55,359 nucleotides of DNA from positions 1-55,359 of the forward strand of contig JAIOJQ010000393.1 in NCBI GenBank assembly GCA_019911865.1, in the 5' to 3' direction. The position numbers and the translations under genes were made by a program. This DNA is from Thermoanaerobaculia bacterium. GTDB taxonomy: Bacteria; Acidobacteriota; Thermoanaerobaculia; Multivoradales; JAGPDF01. Of the stretch, positions 1 through 9,425 are shown piece after piece (the first letter of the stretch is position 1; each line of letters starts with the position of its first letter). The notes beneath the pieces are model-generated. The model saw only the letters and a list, made by a program, of their open reading frames with translations. It ran no database searches and was not told where the DNA came from.

Positions 1-809
1 GCATCGCCGCGGGCGGCCAGGCCGCCGGAGACCCCGCCGCGCGCCAGCGCGCTCACCGGCTCGCGCTCGGCGGCGTCGAAGGTGACTTCGAGCCACTCGG
101 TGCGCAGGCGGTCCCCGGACGCGTCGAGCTCGACGCGTCCGGAGGCGCGCACCTTGCGAGCCGGGCGATCCAGCAGCAGGCTCGCGGCTTCGATCGACAG
201 GCGCCCGCCCGCGTCGCCGAGCGTACCGGCGAGCCGCACCCGCCCCTGCAGGTGGAGACGCTCGGCCTGGGTGTCGAATCGCAGTCCGGTGGCACGCCCG
301 CCGAAGTGGGCGCCGAGGCTCAGCTGGACCGGTCCGCGCGAGACGACGCGTCGACCCCCGTCGACCAGATCGAGCTGCTCGGAAACGAGCTGGAAATCGC
401 GCGGTCCGATGAGGCGCACGGCGCCGGTCAGGTGCGCCTCCCGGTTGCCGGGATTCCAGGTGGCGTCGCGGCTTTCGATCCGATAGCTGCTGCCGTCTTC
501 GCGGGTCAGCTCGACCGCCACCCCCTCGAGGGTGATCGTTTCGTCCCTCCCCCGTACGAAGCGGTCTCCCGAGAGCCGGAAGGCACTGCGTTCGCCGATT
601 CGCTGTTCGAACTCGAACCCCTCGCTGAAGGCCAGCGCGTCGTCGGCCGCGGCCAGCGGGTCCTCCCCGGCGACCGGCCGCAAGGGCGGCTGGGCGCGAC
701 GGCCGACCAGATAGAGCGTGCCGACCCCGACCAGCACCACGACGGCCAGGGCGAGCAGCAGAAGGCGCAGGCGCCGGAAGGGCTGGCGGCGGACGGGCGA
801 GGCGGTCAT
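1..809 (-). CDS. OstA/LptC-like periplasmic beta-jellyroll protein with N-terminal membrane anchor (partial; 3' end lies outside the window)
   Basis: Not in the ORF track because no stop is reached. My own translation from ATG at 809-807 gives MTASPVRRQPFRRLRLLLLALAVVVLVGVGTLYLVGRR... (signal anchor). Repeated motifs follow of the type RIESRDATWNPGNREAHLTGAVRL, RLHLQGRVRLAG and ASGRVELDASGDRL, typical of LptC/LptA OstA-like folds. The frame stays open to position 1. Confidence 0.45.
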   Translation of the reverse strand, partial: MTASPVRRQPFRRLRLLLLALAVVVLVGVGTLYLVGRRAQPPLRPVAGEDPLAAADDALAFSEGFEFEQRIGERSAFRLSGDRFVRGRDETITLEGVAVELTREDGSSYRIESRDATWNPGNREAHLTGAVRLIGPRDFQLVSEQLDLVDGGRRVVSRGPVQLSLGAHFGGRATGLRFDTQAERLHLQGRVRLAGTLGDAGGRLSIEAASLLLDRPARKVRASGRVELDASGDRLRTEWLEVTFDAAEREPVSALARGGVSGGLAARGD

Positions 810-819
810 CGTCGCGATT

Positions 820-2526
820 CTAGTGTGCGCCGCCGGGCAGCGGGCGCAGATCCTCCAGGCGCCCGCGCAGGCCACCCCGCCAGCGATCGCGCTCGAGGCG
901 GACGAGCGCCTCGAAACGGGGCGGTGGCGCGTCGAGCCGGCTCCCCCAGCCCCAGCCGATCAGCTCGAGGGAAGCGGCCCCCTCCCCCGCCGGAGTTTCG
1001 GCCACCGCCAGGAGCGAGGCGTGCCCCGTCCCGAAGTGGCGGGGCGGCGCGCCGGCGCGCAGCGGGCCGGTGCGCAGCAGGGGCTCCTCGTTGCCGGCGC
1101 CGAAGGGGGCGAGCGCTTCGATCTGGTCGAGCAGCGAGAGGCCCAGGTCCTGCGGCTCGACTTCCAGGTCGTAGCGGATCTCCCGCTCCCCCGGCTCGGC
1201 GGGCCAGTCCTCGGCCGCCGCCGCCCACTCGCGTTCGAGCGTCGCCAGGTTCGCGGTGCGCGCCGTCAGGCCGATCGCCAGGGCGTGACCGCCGAATCGC
1301 TCGAGCCGATCGCTCCAGGGGGAGAGAAAGCGATGCAGGTCGATACCGCGCGCGCTGCGCCCCGAGCCGGTCGCCGTCTCCCCGTCGACGGCGAGGAGGA
1401 TCACCGGCCGCCCGAGTTCGCGCACCAGCCGCGCCGCGGCGATACCGACCACGCCGCGATTCCAGCCTTCCCCCCAGGCGACCCCGAGCCGGAGTTCGTC
1501 GCGCCCGTCGAGCATCCGCCGCGCCTCCTCGAGCACCCGCAGCTCGAGCGCCTGGCGGCGGCGATTCCACTCCTCCAGCTCCGCCGCGAGATGCCGGGCC
1601 CGCGCCGGGTCACGGGCGAGCAGGAGCTCGAGCGACACGTCGGCGGTGGCGAGCCTTCCGGGGGCATTGAGGCGCGGCCCGAGGCGAAAGCCGACGTCGG
1701 AGGCCGAAAGCGGAGTTTTCAGGCCGGCGCTCGCCAGCAGCGCCTGCAATCCCGGCGAGCGGGGATTGCCCAGGGCGCGCAGGCCGAGCGCCGCGATCGC
1801 CCGGTTCTCGCCGGTCAGCGGCGCCACGTCGGCGATCGTTCCCAGGCAGGCGATGCGCAGCAGCGAGTCCCAGGGAACCTCCCGCCCGAGCGCCTCGAGC
1901 AGAGCCACGGAGACCTTGAGGGCGAGGCCTGCAGCGGCCAGATCGCGGAAGGGATAGGAGCAGCCGGGCTGGTGCGGGTTGACGAGCAGCGCATCGATCG
2001 GCGGCCCGTCGTCCGGCAGGTGGTGATCGACGACGATGCGGTCGAGACCGAGCTCGCGGGCGGCGTCGACAGCGGCGCGCGAGTTGGTGCCGCAGTCCAC
2101 GGCGACGAGAACGCGGGCGCCGAGTTTCGCCGCCCGATCGGCGTGCACCGGATGGAGTCCGTAGCCCTCTTCGTGACGGCGCGAGAGAAGCGGCTCCGGC
2201 CGCGCGCCGCCGCTCGCCAGCACGGCCACCAGCAGGGCGGTCGACGTGACGCCGTCGACGTCGTAGTCGCCGACCACCGCTACGGTCTCCCCACGGCGGC
2301 AGGCTTCGGCCAGCCGGGCGACTGCCGCCTCGAGGCCGAGCAATCCGCGTCCGTCGTGAAGCTGCTCGCGACCCGGCGCGAGGAAACGCCGCGCCTCGGT
2401 GGGCGTGCGGACGTCGCGCTGCGCCAGCAGGCGAGCCTGCACCCGCGGCAGCCCGTCCGCCTCGAGGATGGCCGCTGCGGGGGGAACGAACGCCGGGACC
2501 CAGCGGTCCGGCGGCGTGGAAGTCAG
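820..2526 (-). CDS. recJ: Single-stranded-DNA-specific exonuclease RecJ
   Basis: DHH/DHHA1 motifs VVGDYDVDGVTSTALL, VAVDCGT and VVDHH. The track ORF (820..2796) runs about 90 aa into accA. The only plausible start near the accA stop is CTG at 2526 (CTGA overlap), which gives about 568 aa, the typical RecJ size. The start is uncertain. Confidence 0.85.
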   Translation of the reverse strand: MTSTPPDRWVPAFVPPAAAILEADGLPRVQARLLAQRDVRTPTEARRFLAPGREQLHDGRGLLGLEAAVARLAEACRRGETVAVVGDYDVDGVTSTALLVAVLASGGARPEPLLSRRHEEGYGLHPVHADRAAKLGARVLVAVDCGTNSRAAVDAARELGLDRIVVDHHLPDDGPPIDALLVNPHQPGCSYPFRDLAAAGLALKVSVALLEALGREVPWDSLLRIACLGTIADVAPLTGENRAIAALGLRALGNPRSPGLQALLASAGLKTPLSASDVGFRLGPRLNAPGRLATADVSLELLLARDPARARHLAAELEEWNRRRQALELRVLEEARRMLDGRDELRLGVAWGEGWNRGVVGIAAARLVRELGRPVILLAVDGETATGSGRSARGIDLHRFLSPWSDRLERFGGHALAIGLTARTANLATLEREWAAAAEDWPAEPGEREIRYDLEVEPQDLGLSLLDQIEALAPFGAGNEEPLLRTGPLRAGAPPRHFGTGHASLLAVAETPAGEGAASLELIGWGWGSRLDAPPPRFEALVRLERDRWRGGLRGRLEDLRPLPGGAH

Positions 2527-3473
2527 GATCCCTCGAAGACGCCCAGCGAGCGAAAGCGCGCGTAGCGTTCGGCCAGCAGGCGATCGATCGGCAGCTTCTC
2601 GAGCTCCACCAGCACCCGCTCGATGGCGTCGCCGACCAGCCGCGCCGCCTCGCGCGGGTCGGTGTGGGCGCCGCCGGGGGGCTCGGGCACGATCTCGTCG
2701 ACGACGCCGAGCTCGATGAGGTCGAGCGCGGTCACCTTCATCGCCTCGGCGGCTTGCGCCTTCTTTTCCTGGTCTTTCCACAGGATTGCCGCGCACCCTT
2801 CGGGCGAAATCACCGAGTAGACGCCGTACTCGAGAATCAGCACCCGGTCGCCGACGCCGAGGGCGAGCGCGCCGCCGCTGCCCCCCTCGCCGGTGACCGT
2901 GACGACGATGGGCACGCGCAGGCCGGACATCTCGATCAGGTTGCGCGCGATCGCTTCGGCCTGGCCACGCTCCTCGGCGTCGATGCCGGGGTACGCGCCG
3001 GGAGTGTCGATGAAGGTGAGGACCGGCAGGCCGAACCGCTCGGCGAGGCGCAGGATGCGCAGCGCCTTGCGATAACCCTCCGGCCGCGGCTGGCCGAAGT
3101 TGCGTGCGATGCGCTCCTTCGTGCCGCGCCCCTTCTGGTGTCCGATCACGGCGACGGAACGGCCGCGGAAGCGGGCCAGACCGGCCACGATGGCGGCGTC
3201 GTCGGCGAAGGCGCGATCGCCGTGCAGTTCGATCCAGTCCTCGGTCAGCGCCTCGACGTAGTCGAGGGTATAGGGCCGCTCGGAGTTGCGGGCGACCAGT
3301 GTCTTCTGCCAGCGGGTGAGGCTGCCGTAGATCTCGCCGGTGCGCTCGGCGAGCTGACGGCGCAGGCCGGCGATTTCACGCTCGTGGCCGCTCCCCTCGG
3401 GGTAGCCCTCGAGCTCCTCGATCCGGCGGCGCAGCTCGATCAGCGGCTCTTCGAAGGCGGACTCGGAAGACAT
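2523..3473 (-). CDS. accA: Acetyl-CoA carboxylase carboxyltransferase alpha subunit
   Basis: 316 aa with an ATG start. Motifs: SLTRWQKTLVARNSERPYTLDY, VIGHQKGRGTKE, FIDTPGAYPGIDAEERGQAEAIA. Confidence 0.95.
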   Translation of the reverse strand: MSSESAFEEPLIELRRRIEELEGYPEGSGHEREIAGLRRQLAERTGEIYGSLTRWQKTLVARNSERPYTLDYVEALTEDWIELHGDRAFADDAAIVAGLARFRGRSVAVIGHQKGRGTKERIARNFGQPRPEGYRKALRILRLAERFGLPVLTFIDTPGAYPGIDAEERGQAEAIARNLIEMSGLRVPIVVTVTGEGGSGGALALGVGDRVLILEYGVYSVISPEGCAAILWKDQEKKAQAAEAMKVTALDLIELGVVDEIVPEPPGGAHTDPREAARLVGDAIERVLVELEKLPIDRLLAERYARFRSLGVFEGS

Positions 3474-3483
3474 GCGGACGACG

Positions 3484-3513
3484 ACCTTAGCAGGGGGCCG
3501 GAAAAGGGGTCAA
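3484..3513 (-). promoter_or_regulatory. Possible accA promoter (TTGACC - 18 nt - TAAGGT), -10 ending 9 nt before the ATG
   Basis: Minus strand reads ttgacc ccttttccggccccctgc taaggt cgtcgtccg ATG, in the 53-nt priA-accA gap. Found by sequence pattern only. Confidence 0.25.
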
Positions 3514-3526
3514 ACCGGAGCCGGCT

Positions 3527-5968
3527 TCACAGCAGGTGCTGGGGATCGATGTCGACGGTCAGCTCGCCGGGTGCCCGCCCGGCGACCGCCTCCGCCACCG
3601 CGCGGCGCACCGCCGCTCCCGATCGGCCGCGCACGATGCACTGGAAGCGCCACTGGCCGCGCAGGCGCTCGAACGGGGCCGGCGCCGGTCCGGTGATCCG
3701 CAGGCCGTCGGCCGCCGCCCGGCGTTCGATCGCGGCGGCGACTTCGCGCAGCCGGCCGAGGGCGCGTTCGCGCTGCCGATCGCGCGACAGGATCAGCGCC
3801 ATGCGGCTGAACGGGGGGTAGCCGAAGAGCTCGCGGAAGCGCATCTCCTGCTCGACGAACGCCTCGTCGTCGTGGTGGAGCGCCGCCTGGATCGCGTAGT
3901 GGTCGGGGTGAAAGGTCTGCAGGACGACCCGCCCCGGGCGTTCTCCGCGCCCGGCGCGCCCGGCCAGCTGGGTGAGCAGGACGTACGTCCGCTCGACGGC
4001 GCGGAAGTCGGGAAAGCCGAGGTAGTCGTCGGCCGAGAGGACCGCGGTCAGCGCCACGCCGGGGAAATGGTGCCCCTTCGACAGCATCTGGGTGCCGATC
4101 AGGATGCGGCTCTCGCCGCGGCGGAATCGCTCGAGGATGGCGGCGGCGCCGCCGACACGGCGCACCGCGTCGCGATCGAGCACGTCGATGACGGTGCCGG
4201 GCAGGCGGAGGGCGAGCTCCTCCTCCACCCGTTCGGTGCCGGCGCCGATCGGCTCGAGGGTGTCCGACCGGCAGGTCGGGCAGCGGGCCGGCGGCGCGAG
4301 GCGCGAGCCGCAGTAGTGGCAGATGAGCTGCTTCGCCTTGCGATGATACGTCCGCGCCAGGCCGCAGTCGGGGCAGCGGAAGTCCTCGCCACAGGCACGG
4401 CAGAGCAGCAGCGGGGCATAGCCGCGCCGGTTGCGCAGCAGGATGACCTGGTCGCCGGCCTCGAGCGCCAGGCGCAGCTCGGCGAGCAGGCGCTCCGAAA
4501 AGAGCAGCTCCCCCGGGCGACGGCCGCCGCTCGCTTCGCGCAAGTCGACCAGGATTCCTTCGGGCAGACGGCCCTGACCGACCCGCTCCCGCAGCGCGAG
4601 CCGCCGCAGGCGCCCGGAGCGGACCGCATGCCGGCTCTCCAGGCTCGGCGTGGCGGAAGCCAGCAGCGCCACCGCCCCAGCCTGCCGGCAACGTACGAGC
4701 GCCACGTCACGACCGTGGTAGCGGGGTGAGATCTCCTGCTTGTAGGCCGCATCCTGCTCCTCGTCGACCACGATCAGCCCGAGGTCCACCACCGGCGCGA
4801 AGACCGCCGAGCGCGGCCCGACCACTACCCGCGCTGCCCCGGCCCGGATGCGCTCCCATTCCTGCCGGCGTTCGGCCGCGCCGAGATTCGAGTGCAGCAC
4901 CGCGAGCCGGTCGCCGAACCGGCTCGCCGCCGCCTGCGCCAGCGACGGCACCAGGGCGATCTCCGGGACGAGCAGCAGCACCGACCGGCCGCGCGCCAGG
5001 GTCGCCGCAGCGGCCCGCAGGTAGACCTCGGTCTTGCCCGAACCGGTGACCCCCTGGAGGAGGAAGCTCTCGAAGCGGTGCGCCGCGAGCGACGTTTCGA
5101 GCGCGGCGAGCGCCTCGCTCTGGTCGGCGCGCAGGACGATCGGCGCGGCGGACTCCTTTCCCGCAGCCAGGCGGTGCCGGCCGAGGTCGAGGCGTCCGGG
5201 CTGCGAGAAGCGCCGCAGCAGGCCGAGTCCGTTCAGACGGCGGACCACCGCGGTGCTGACCCCGGCCTCGGTGCGCAACTCTTCGGTGGTCACCGGGCGA
5301 CCCGCGGCGGCCAGGTACTCGAGCGCCCGCCGCGCGGGTTCCGACCGGCCGGCCCGCGTCAGCTGGTCCGCCAGCTCGCCGGGCGCTCGTTCGACCGCCG
5401 AGTCGTAGCGACTCCCCCGGCCGTCGGGGTCGGCCAGTGACAGCCTCCCCTCCGCCACGAGGGCCTCGATCCGGCGGGCGAAGTCGGGTTCGTCAGGCAG
5501 GCGGCGCCGCAGATCGGCGAGGTGGAGCCGCTCGCTGCCGAGCAGAAGCTCGCGCAGGCCCGCCTCGAAGGCATCGCGGGGTGGCGCCAGGGCGCCCCCG
5601 TCCGTGAGTCCGACGCGACGTGTCCCCCAGGGAGCGATGTCGGCCGGCAGTACGGCGGCGAGGACCTCGCCGATCGGCGCCAGGTAGTACCGGGCGATGA
5701 AGCCGGCGAGGTCGAGCAGTTCCGGCGTCACGGCCGGCTCGAGATCGGCCAGCCCCGCGACCTGTCGCACGGCGACGCCGGCGGGGGCCTCTTCGACGAT
5801 CCGCAGCGCCACGCCGGTGAGGGCTCGTCGTCCGACCGGGACGCGCAGGCGCTGCCCCGGCTGGACGAGGCCCGCCAGATCGGCCGGCAGTTCGTAGGTC
5901 AGCGGGCCGGGCAGCGGCAGGGGGACGGCGACTTCGACGTAGCGGGCGCTCGTCGGCGCCCCCGTCAA
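3527..5968 (-). CDS. priA: Primosomal protein N' (replication restart helicase PriA)
   Basis: Walker [17 protein letters not shown] box, Cys-rich zinc region CRACGEDFRCPDCG...CHYCG...CPTC. TTG start at 5968 overlaps the upstream stop (TTGA). Confidence 0.9.
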   Translation of the reverse strand: MTGAPTSARYVEVAVPLPLPGPLTYELPADLAGLVQPGQRLRVPVGRRALTGVALRIVEEAPAGVAVRQVAGLADLEPAVTPELLDLAGFIARYYLAPIGEVLAAVLPADIAPWGTRRVGLTDGGALAPPRDAFEAGLRELLLGSERLHLADLRRRLPDEPDFARRIEALVAEGRLSLADPDGRGSRYDSAVERAPGELADQLTRAGRSEPARRALEYLAAAGRPVTTEELRTEAGVSTAVVRRLNGLGLLRRFSQPGRLDLGRHRLAAGKESAAPIVLRADQSEALAALETSLAAHRFESFLLQGVTGSGKTEVYLRAAAATLARGRSVLLLVPEIALVPSLAQAAASRFGDRLAVLHSNLGAAERRQEWERIRAGAARVVVGPRSAVFAPVVDLGLIVVDEEQDAAYKQEISPRYHGRDVALVRCRQAGAVALLASATPSLESRHAVRSGRLRRLALRERVGQGRLPEGILVDLREASGGRRPGELLFSERLLAELRLALEAGDQVILLRNRRGYAPLLLCRACGEDFRCPDCGLARTYHRKAKQLICHYCGSRLAPPARCPTCRSDTLEPIGAGTERVEEELALRLPGTVIDVLDRDAVRRVGGAAAILERFRRGESRILIGTQMLSKGHHFPGVALTAVLSADDYLGFPDFRAVERTYVLLTQLAGRAGRGERPGRVVLQTFHPDHYAIQAALHHDDEAFVEQEMRFRELFGYPPFSRMALILSRDRQRERALGRLREVAAAIERRAAADGLRITGPAPAPFERLRGQWRFQCIVRGRSGAAVRRAVAEAVAGRAPGELTVDIDPQHLL

Positions 5969-6564
5969 CCGTTTGCTTCGCGCAGTCGGCGGATTTCGTC
6001 GCCGAGGCGGGTCACGTCAGGACTCCCCGGCAACTTTTCGGCGAGCACCGCCAGGGCCTTCTCCGCGGCGTCGAGCTGGCGCTGATCGAAGGCGAGCACG
6101 ATCACCTCGTTGAAGCGCGACTGCCAGTGGTCCGGGGCCCTCGCCTGAGCCTCGCGAAAGAGCTCGAGGGCGCGGTCGAACTCGCCGCGGGCGCGCAGGG
6201 TGATGCCGAGATCCGTGAGGACGTCCGGATCGCCCGGGCGCAGCGCCAGATAGCGCTCGTAGAGCTCCGCGGCGCGCTCCCAGCGCTGGATGTCGAAGCT
6301 CAGGTTGGCGAGCCGCAGGATCGAATCGGCGTCCTCGGGGTTCGAGGCGATCGCCTGCTGGAGGCGATTGATCTCCTCCATCGGGCTCGCAGCGGCTGCC
6401 GCCGCCTGGGGAGCCGCTCCCGGTGCGGGCGCCGCCGCCGGGAGAGCGCTCCCCGCAGCGATCCGGGCCGGCTGGACGCCGTCCATCACTTCATGGCTGA
6501 TGTAGCCGGCGAGAAAGCCGCCCATCAGGCCGACGAGCAGAAAGAGCACGTGGTCTCGGTTCAC
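5965..6564 (-). CDS. Membrane-anchored TPR-repeat protein
   Basis: GTG start. N-terminal TM segment VLFLLVGLMGGFLAGYI, an Ala/Pro linker, then TPR-like helices (AELYERYLALRPGDPDVLTDLGITL, ALELFREAQARAPDHWQS). Confidence 0.6.
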   Translation of the reverse strand: MNRDHVLFLLVGLMGGFLAGYISHEVMDGVQPARIAAGSALPAAAPAPGAAPQAAAAAASPMEEINRLQQAIASNPEDADSILRLANLSFDIQRWERAAELYERYLALRPGDPDVLTDLGITLRARGEFDRALELFREAQARAPDHWQSRFNEVIVLAFDQRQLDAAEKALAVLAEKLPGSPDVTRLGDEIRRLREANG

Positions 6565-6664
6565 GCAGTTCTCGCGAAAGGCAGCCGGCGCTCGCAGCGC
6601 GGCAGGATCGTTCCGGGGACTCCGGAGCGGCCCTCCCGGCCACGGCGCCGATGGGGGTTCGAAG

Positions 6665-7177
6665 TCAGCTCGCCACGCGGGCGCGCTTGGCGAGGCTCGA
6701 CGACAGGGCCTTCTCGACCTGAACTTCGGCGTCGCGCTCGGTCAGCCCCTTGACGTGGGCGACTTCGCTGACGATGAAGTGCCGTGCGCGCTCGTACATC
6801 TTCTTCTCGCGGAACGACAGGCTCTTCTTCTGGCTCACGAACTTGAGGTTCTTGAGCACTTCGGCGACCTCGGTGATCCGGCCGGTCTTCATCTTCTCGA
6901 CGTTCTGCTTGTAGCGCCCCTTCCAGTCCTTCTGGGCGTCGAAGCTGCCGTTCTCGAGAATGCCGAGGACGTTGCGGATCTCCTTGACCTCGCACAGCGG
7001 GCGCAGGCCCACCAGGTCGAGGTTGTCCTTGGGGACCATGACCTTGGAATTGCTCGACAGAAGCCGCAGGTGATAGCAGGTCCGTTCGGCCCCATCGATG
7101 AAGCTGGTCGCGATGTCCTCGACGACCGTGACACCATGATTGGGATAGACGACCTTCTGGCCGACCTTGAAACTCAC
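6665..7177 (-). CDS. carD: CarD/CdnL-family RNA-polymerase-binding transcription factor
   Basis: 170 aa, GTG start. N-terminal Tudor-like segment FKVGQKVVYPNHGVTVVEDI; C-terminal SFREKKMYERARHFIVSEVA. The gene has noticeably lower GC than its neighbours. Confidence 0.85.
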   Translation of the reverse strand: MSFKVGQKVVYPNHGVTVVEDIATSFIDGAERTCYHLRLLSSNSKVMVPKDNLDLVGLRPLCEVKEIRNVLGILENGSFDAQKDWKGRYKQNVEKMKTGRITEVAEVLKNLKFVSQKKSLSFREKKMYERARHFIVSEVAHVKGLTERDAEVQVEKALSSSLAKRARVAS

Positions 7178-7244
7178 GCGCCGCGCCCCCTTCGGTCTAA
7201 GTGGTTTGAAGGTAAGAGGTTGAGACGAATCTCACCGCGAGGCG

Positions 7245-7273
7245 ACACTACCCGATCAGACGGCCTTTGTCAA
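7245..7273 (-). promoter_or_regulatory. Candidate sigma70-type promoter of carD (TTGACA - 17 nt - TAGTGT)
   Basis: Minus strand reads cgcTTGACAaaggccgtctgatcgggTAGTGTcgcc, about 70 nt upstream of the carD GTG. An AAGGGGG Shine-Dalgarno lies 9 nt before the start. Confidence 0.5.
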
Positions 7274-7352
7274 GCGCCGGGTAGCGCAAACGGGGCGCAA
7301 CTCGGCCGAGCGACCGCTGCACTTCCGCCTCGCTTGCGCCGCTGGCCGCGCG

Positions 7353-7381
7353 TTGACTCGCCGCGGGTCGACCCGTAGCAT
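7353..7381 (+). promoter_or_regulatory. Candidate sigma70-type promoter of tRNA-Leu (TTGACT - 17 nt - TAGCAT)
   Basis: Plus strand reads cgTTGACTcgccgcgggtcgacccgTAGCATccccggccgg, followed directly by the tRNA 5' end at 7392. Confidence 0.55.
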
Positions 7382-7391
7382 CCCCGGCCGG

Positions 7392-7477
7392 GCCGGAGTG
7401 GCGGAATGGCAGACGCAGGGGACTCAAAATCCCCCGTCCGAAAGGGCGTGAGAGTTCGACCCTCTCCTCCGGCACCA
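7392..7477 (+). tRNA. tRNA-Leu (anticodon CAA), class II with long variable arm, CCA encoded
   Basis: Hand-folded. Acceptor GCCGGAG/CTCCGGC; anticodon stem GGGGA/TCCCC with loop CTCAAAA; variable arm GTCCGAAAGGGC; T arm GAGAG-TTCGACC-CTCTC; 3' ACCA. 86 nt. Confidence 0.95.
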
Positions 7478-7505
7478 GCCCGGGTCCCGCTGCGCGGCGT
7501 CCTCT

Positions 7506-8726
7506 CTACTCGTAGCGCAGGGCTTCGATCGGGTCGAGGCGGGAGGCCTTGCCGGCCGGATAGATGCCGAAGAAGACGCCGACGACGATCGAGAATCCCA
7601 CCGCGACGACGATCGCCCAGATCGGCACGTGCGCCGCCGGCCAGTCGCCGGGGAGCACGGCGGCCACCGCGGCTCCCATGCCGTAGCCGAGGCCGAGGCC
7701 GATGGCGCCGCCGGCGAGCGAAAGGGTCACCGCCTCGATGAGGAACTGCACCAGGATGTCCTGTCGGCGGGCACCTACCGCCTTGCGCACGCCGATCTCG
7801 CGCGTCCGCTCGGTCACCGAGACCAGCATGATGTTCATGATGCCGATGCCGCCCACCAGCAGCGCGATGCCGACCACCCCGCCCACCACCGCGGTGACGT
7901 AGCCGAGGACGCTGCCGATGCTGTCGAGGATCTCGTCCTGCACCTGGACCTCGAAGTCGTCCTTCTCCCCCGCCGGGATCTTGTGGCGCTTGCGCAGCAG
8001 TTGGGTGATTTCGTCCTTGACCCGATCGACCACGTCGGGACTCTCCGCCTGCAGGCGGATGCGGATCACGTCGGCCGCGGCGCGGCCGAACAGGCCGAGC
8101 GCCGTCGGGTGCGGCAGGAAGACCAGGTCGTCCGAGTCCTGGCCGAGCGATTGCCCCCGCTTCTCCATCACGCCGATCACCGTCACGGGCAGGCTGCCGA
8201 CGTAGATCTCGCGCCCGATCGGGTCGTCGCCCAGCCGGAGTTCGTCGACCACCGTGCGGCCGATCACCGCGACCTTGCGGCGGTGGTCGAGATCGATGCG
8301 GGAGAAGAAACGGCCGGTTTCGACCGCGTGGTTGGCGATCTCCGGCCACTGCTCGTTGACCCCCATGACGATGTCCGGCCGGTGCTGCCGGTCGCGGTAC
8401 TTGAGAGTCTGCTGGCCGAACATCATCGGCGTGATGGCGCGCACGCCGGCCACCTGGTCGTCGATCGCCAGGCCGTCCTCCCAGGTCAGCCGCACCTGGC
8501 GCGACAACCCGGCGGGGCCGAACTCGAACTTCGGGTCCACGGCGACGAAGGTCGCCCCGACCCCCTGCAACTCCCGGGTGATCATGAACTGCAGGCCCTG
8601 GACGATCGACACCACCGCGATCACCGCCGCCACGCCGATGATGATGCCCAGGGTGGTGAGGATCGAGCGCATCTTGTTGGCGCGCAGGGCGCGCAGGGCA
8701 ATGCGGAAGTTCTCGCCGAAGACCAT
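7506..8726 (-). CDS. MacB/DevC-type ABC transporter permease (FtsX fold with large periplasmic domain)
   Basis: 406 aa. N-terminus MVFGENFRIALRALRANKMRSILTTLGIIIGVAAV, a long periplasmic domain, and a C-terminal FtsX segment ending GIYPAGKASRLDPIEALRYE. Confidence 0.85.
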   Translation of the reverse strand: MVFGENFRIALRALRANKMRSILTTLGIIIGVAAVIAVVSIVQGLQFMITRELQGVGATFVAVDPKFEFGPAGLSRQVRLTWEDGLAIDDQVAGVRAITPMMFGQQTLKYRDRQHRPDIVMGVNEQWPEIANHAVETGRFFSRIDLDHRRKVAVIGRTVVDELRLGDDPIGREIYVGSLPVTVIGVMEKRGQSLGQDSDDLVFLPHPTALGLFGRAAADVIRIRLQAESPDVVDRVKDEITQLLRKRHKIPAGEKDDFEVQVQDEILDSIGSVLGYVTAVVGGVVGIALLVGGIGIMNIMLVSVTERTREIGVRKAVGARRQDILVQFLIEAVTLSLAGGAIGLGLGYGMGAAVAAVLPGDWPAAHVPIWAIVVAVGFSIVVGVFFGIYPAGKASRLDPIEALRYE

Positions 8727-8728
8727 GC

Positions 8729-9424
8729 TCAGGCTCCGGCTGGCGCCGTACGCTCGTCGGAGATCACCTTGCCGTCGCGCAGGGTGATCCGGCGTTCGGC
8801 GTGGGCCGCGATCTCGGGCTCGTGGGTGACCAGGATCACCGTGTTGCCCTGGTCGTGGAGCTCGTCGAACAGCCGCAGGATGTCGGCGGAGGTGGCCGAA
8901 TCGAGGTTTCCGGTCGGCTCGTCGGCGAGCAGGATCGACGGTTCGTTGACCAGCGCCCGCGCGATGGCCACCCGCTGACGCTGGCCGCCGGAGAGCTCGT
9001 TCGGCTGGTGGCGGGCGCGATCGCCGAGGCCGACCCTGGCGAGCGCCCGGTCGGCGCGCTCGCGGCGCTCCCGGCGCGACACGCCGGCGTAGATGAGCGG
9101 CAGCTCGACGTTCTCGACCGCGCTGGTGCGCGCCAGCAGGTTGAAGGTCTGGAACACGAAGCCGATCTCGCGGTTGCGGATCGCCGCCAGCTCGGCGTCA
9201 TCGAGCTTCTCGACCGCCGTGCCATTGAGGCGGTAGCTGCCGGAAGTCGGAGTGTCGAGGCAGCCGAGCAGGTTCATCAGCGTCGACTTGCCGCTGCCCG
9301 AAGGGCCCATGATGGCGATGTACTCGCCGCGCTCGATCTCGAGGTCGACGCCGGCCAGCGCGTGGACCTCCTCGACCCCCATGACGTAGCGCTTGCGAAC
9401 GTCGGCCAGCTCGAGGAGCGCCAC
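8729..9424 (-). CDS. MacB/LolD-type ABC transporter ATP-binding protein
   Basis: Walker [10 protein letters not shown], signature [14 protein letters not shown], Walker [13 protein letters not shown]. The GTG at 9424 lies 1 nt after the adaptor gene stop, so the track ORF start at 9499 would overlap that gene. Confidence 0.9.
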   Translation of the reverse strand: MALLELADVRKRYVMGVEEVHALAGVDLEIERGEYIAIMGPSGSGKSTLMNLLGCLDTPTSGSYRLNGTAVEKLDDAELAAIRNREIGFVFQTFNLLARTSAVENVELPLIYAGVSRRERRERADRALARVGLGDRARHQPNELSGGQRQRVAIARALVNEPSILLADEPTGNLDSATSADILRLFDELHDQGNTVILVTHEPEIAAHAERRITLRDGKVISDERTAPAGA

Positions 9425-9425
9425 T

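Noticed and set aside
252-2565. Plus-strand ORFs 252..1670 (472 aa) and 718..2565 (615 aa)
   Set aside because: They are antisense shadows of the OstA/LptC-like gene and recJ. The translations are low-complexity (long RRRR/PPPP/AAAA runs), whereas the opposite strand carries clear DHH-family motifs.
7478-7505. Intrinsic terminators at the three convergent junctions (7478-7505, 29212-29242, 47770-47775)
   Set aside because: No stem of 6 bp or more followed by a T-tract is present. The third gap is only 6 nt. Termination signals may lie inside coding sequence or be factor-dependent, so I make no terminator call.
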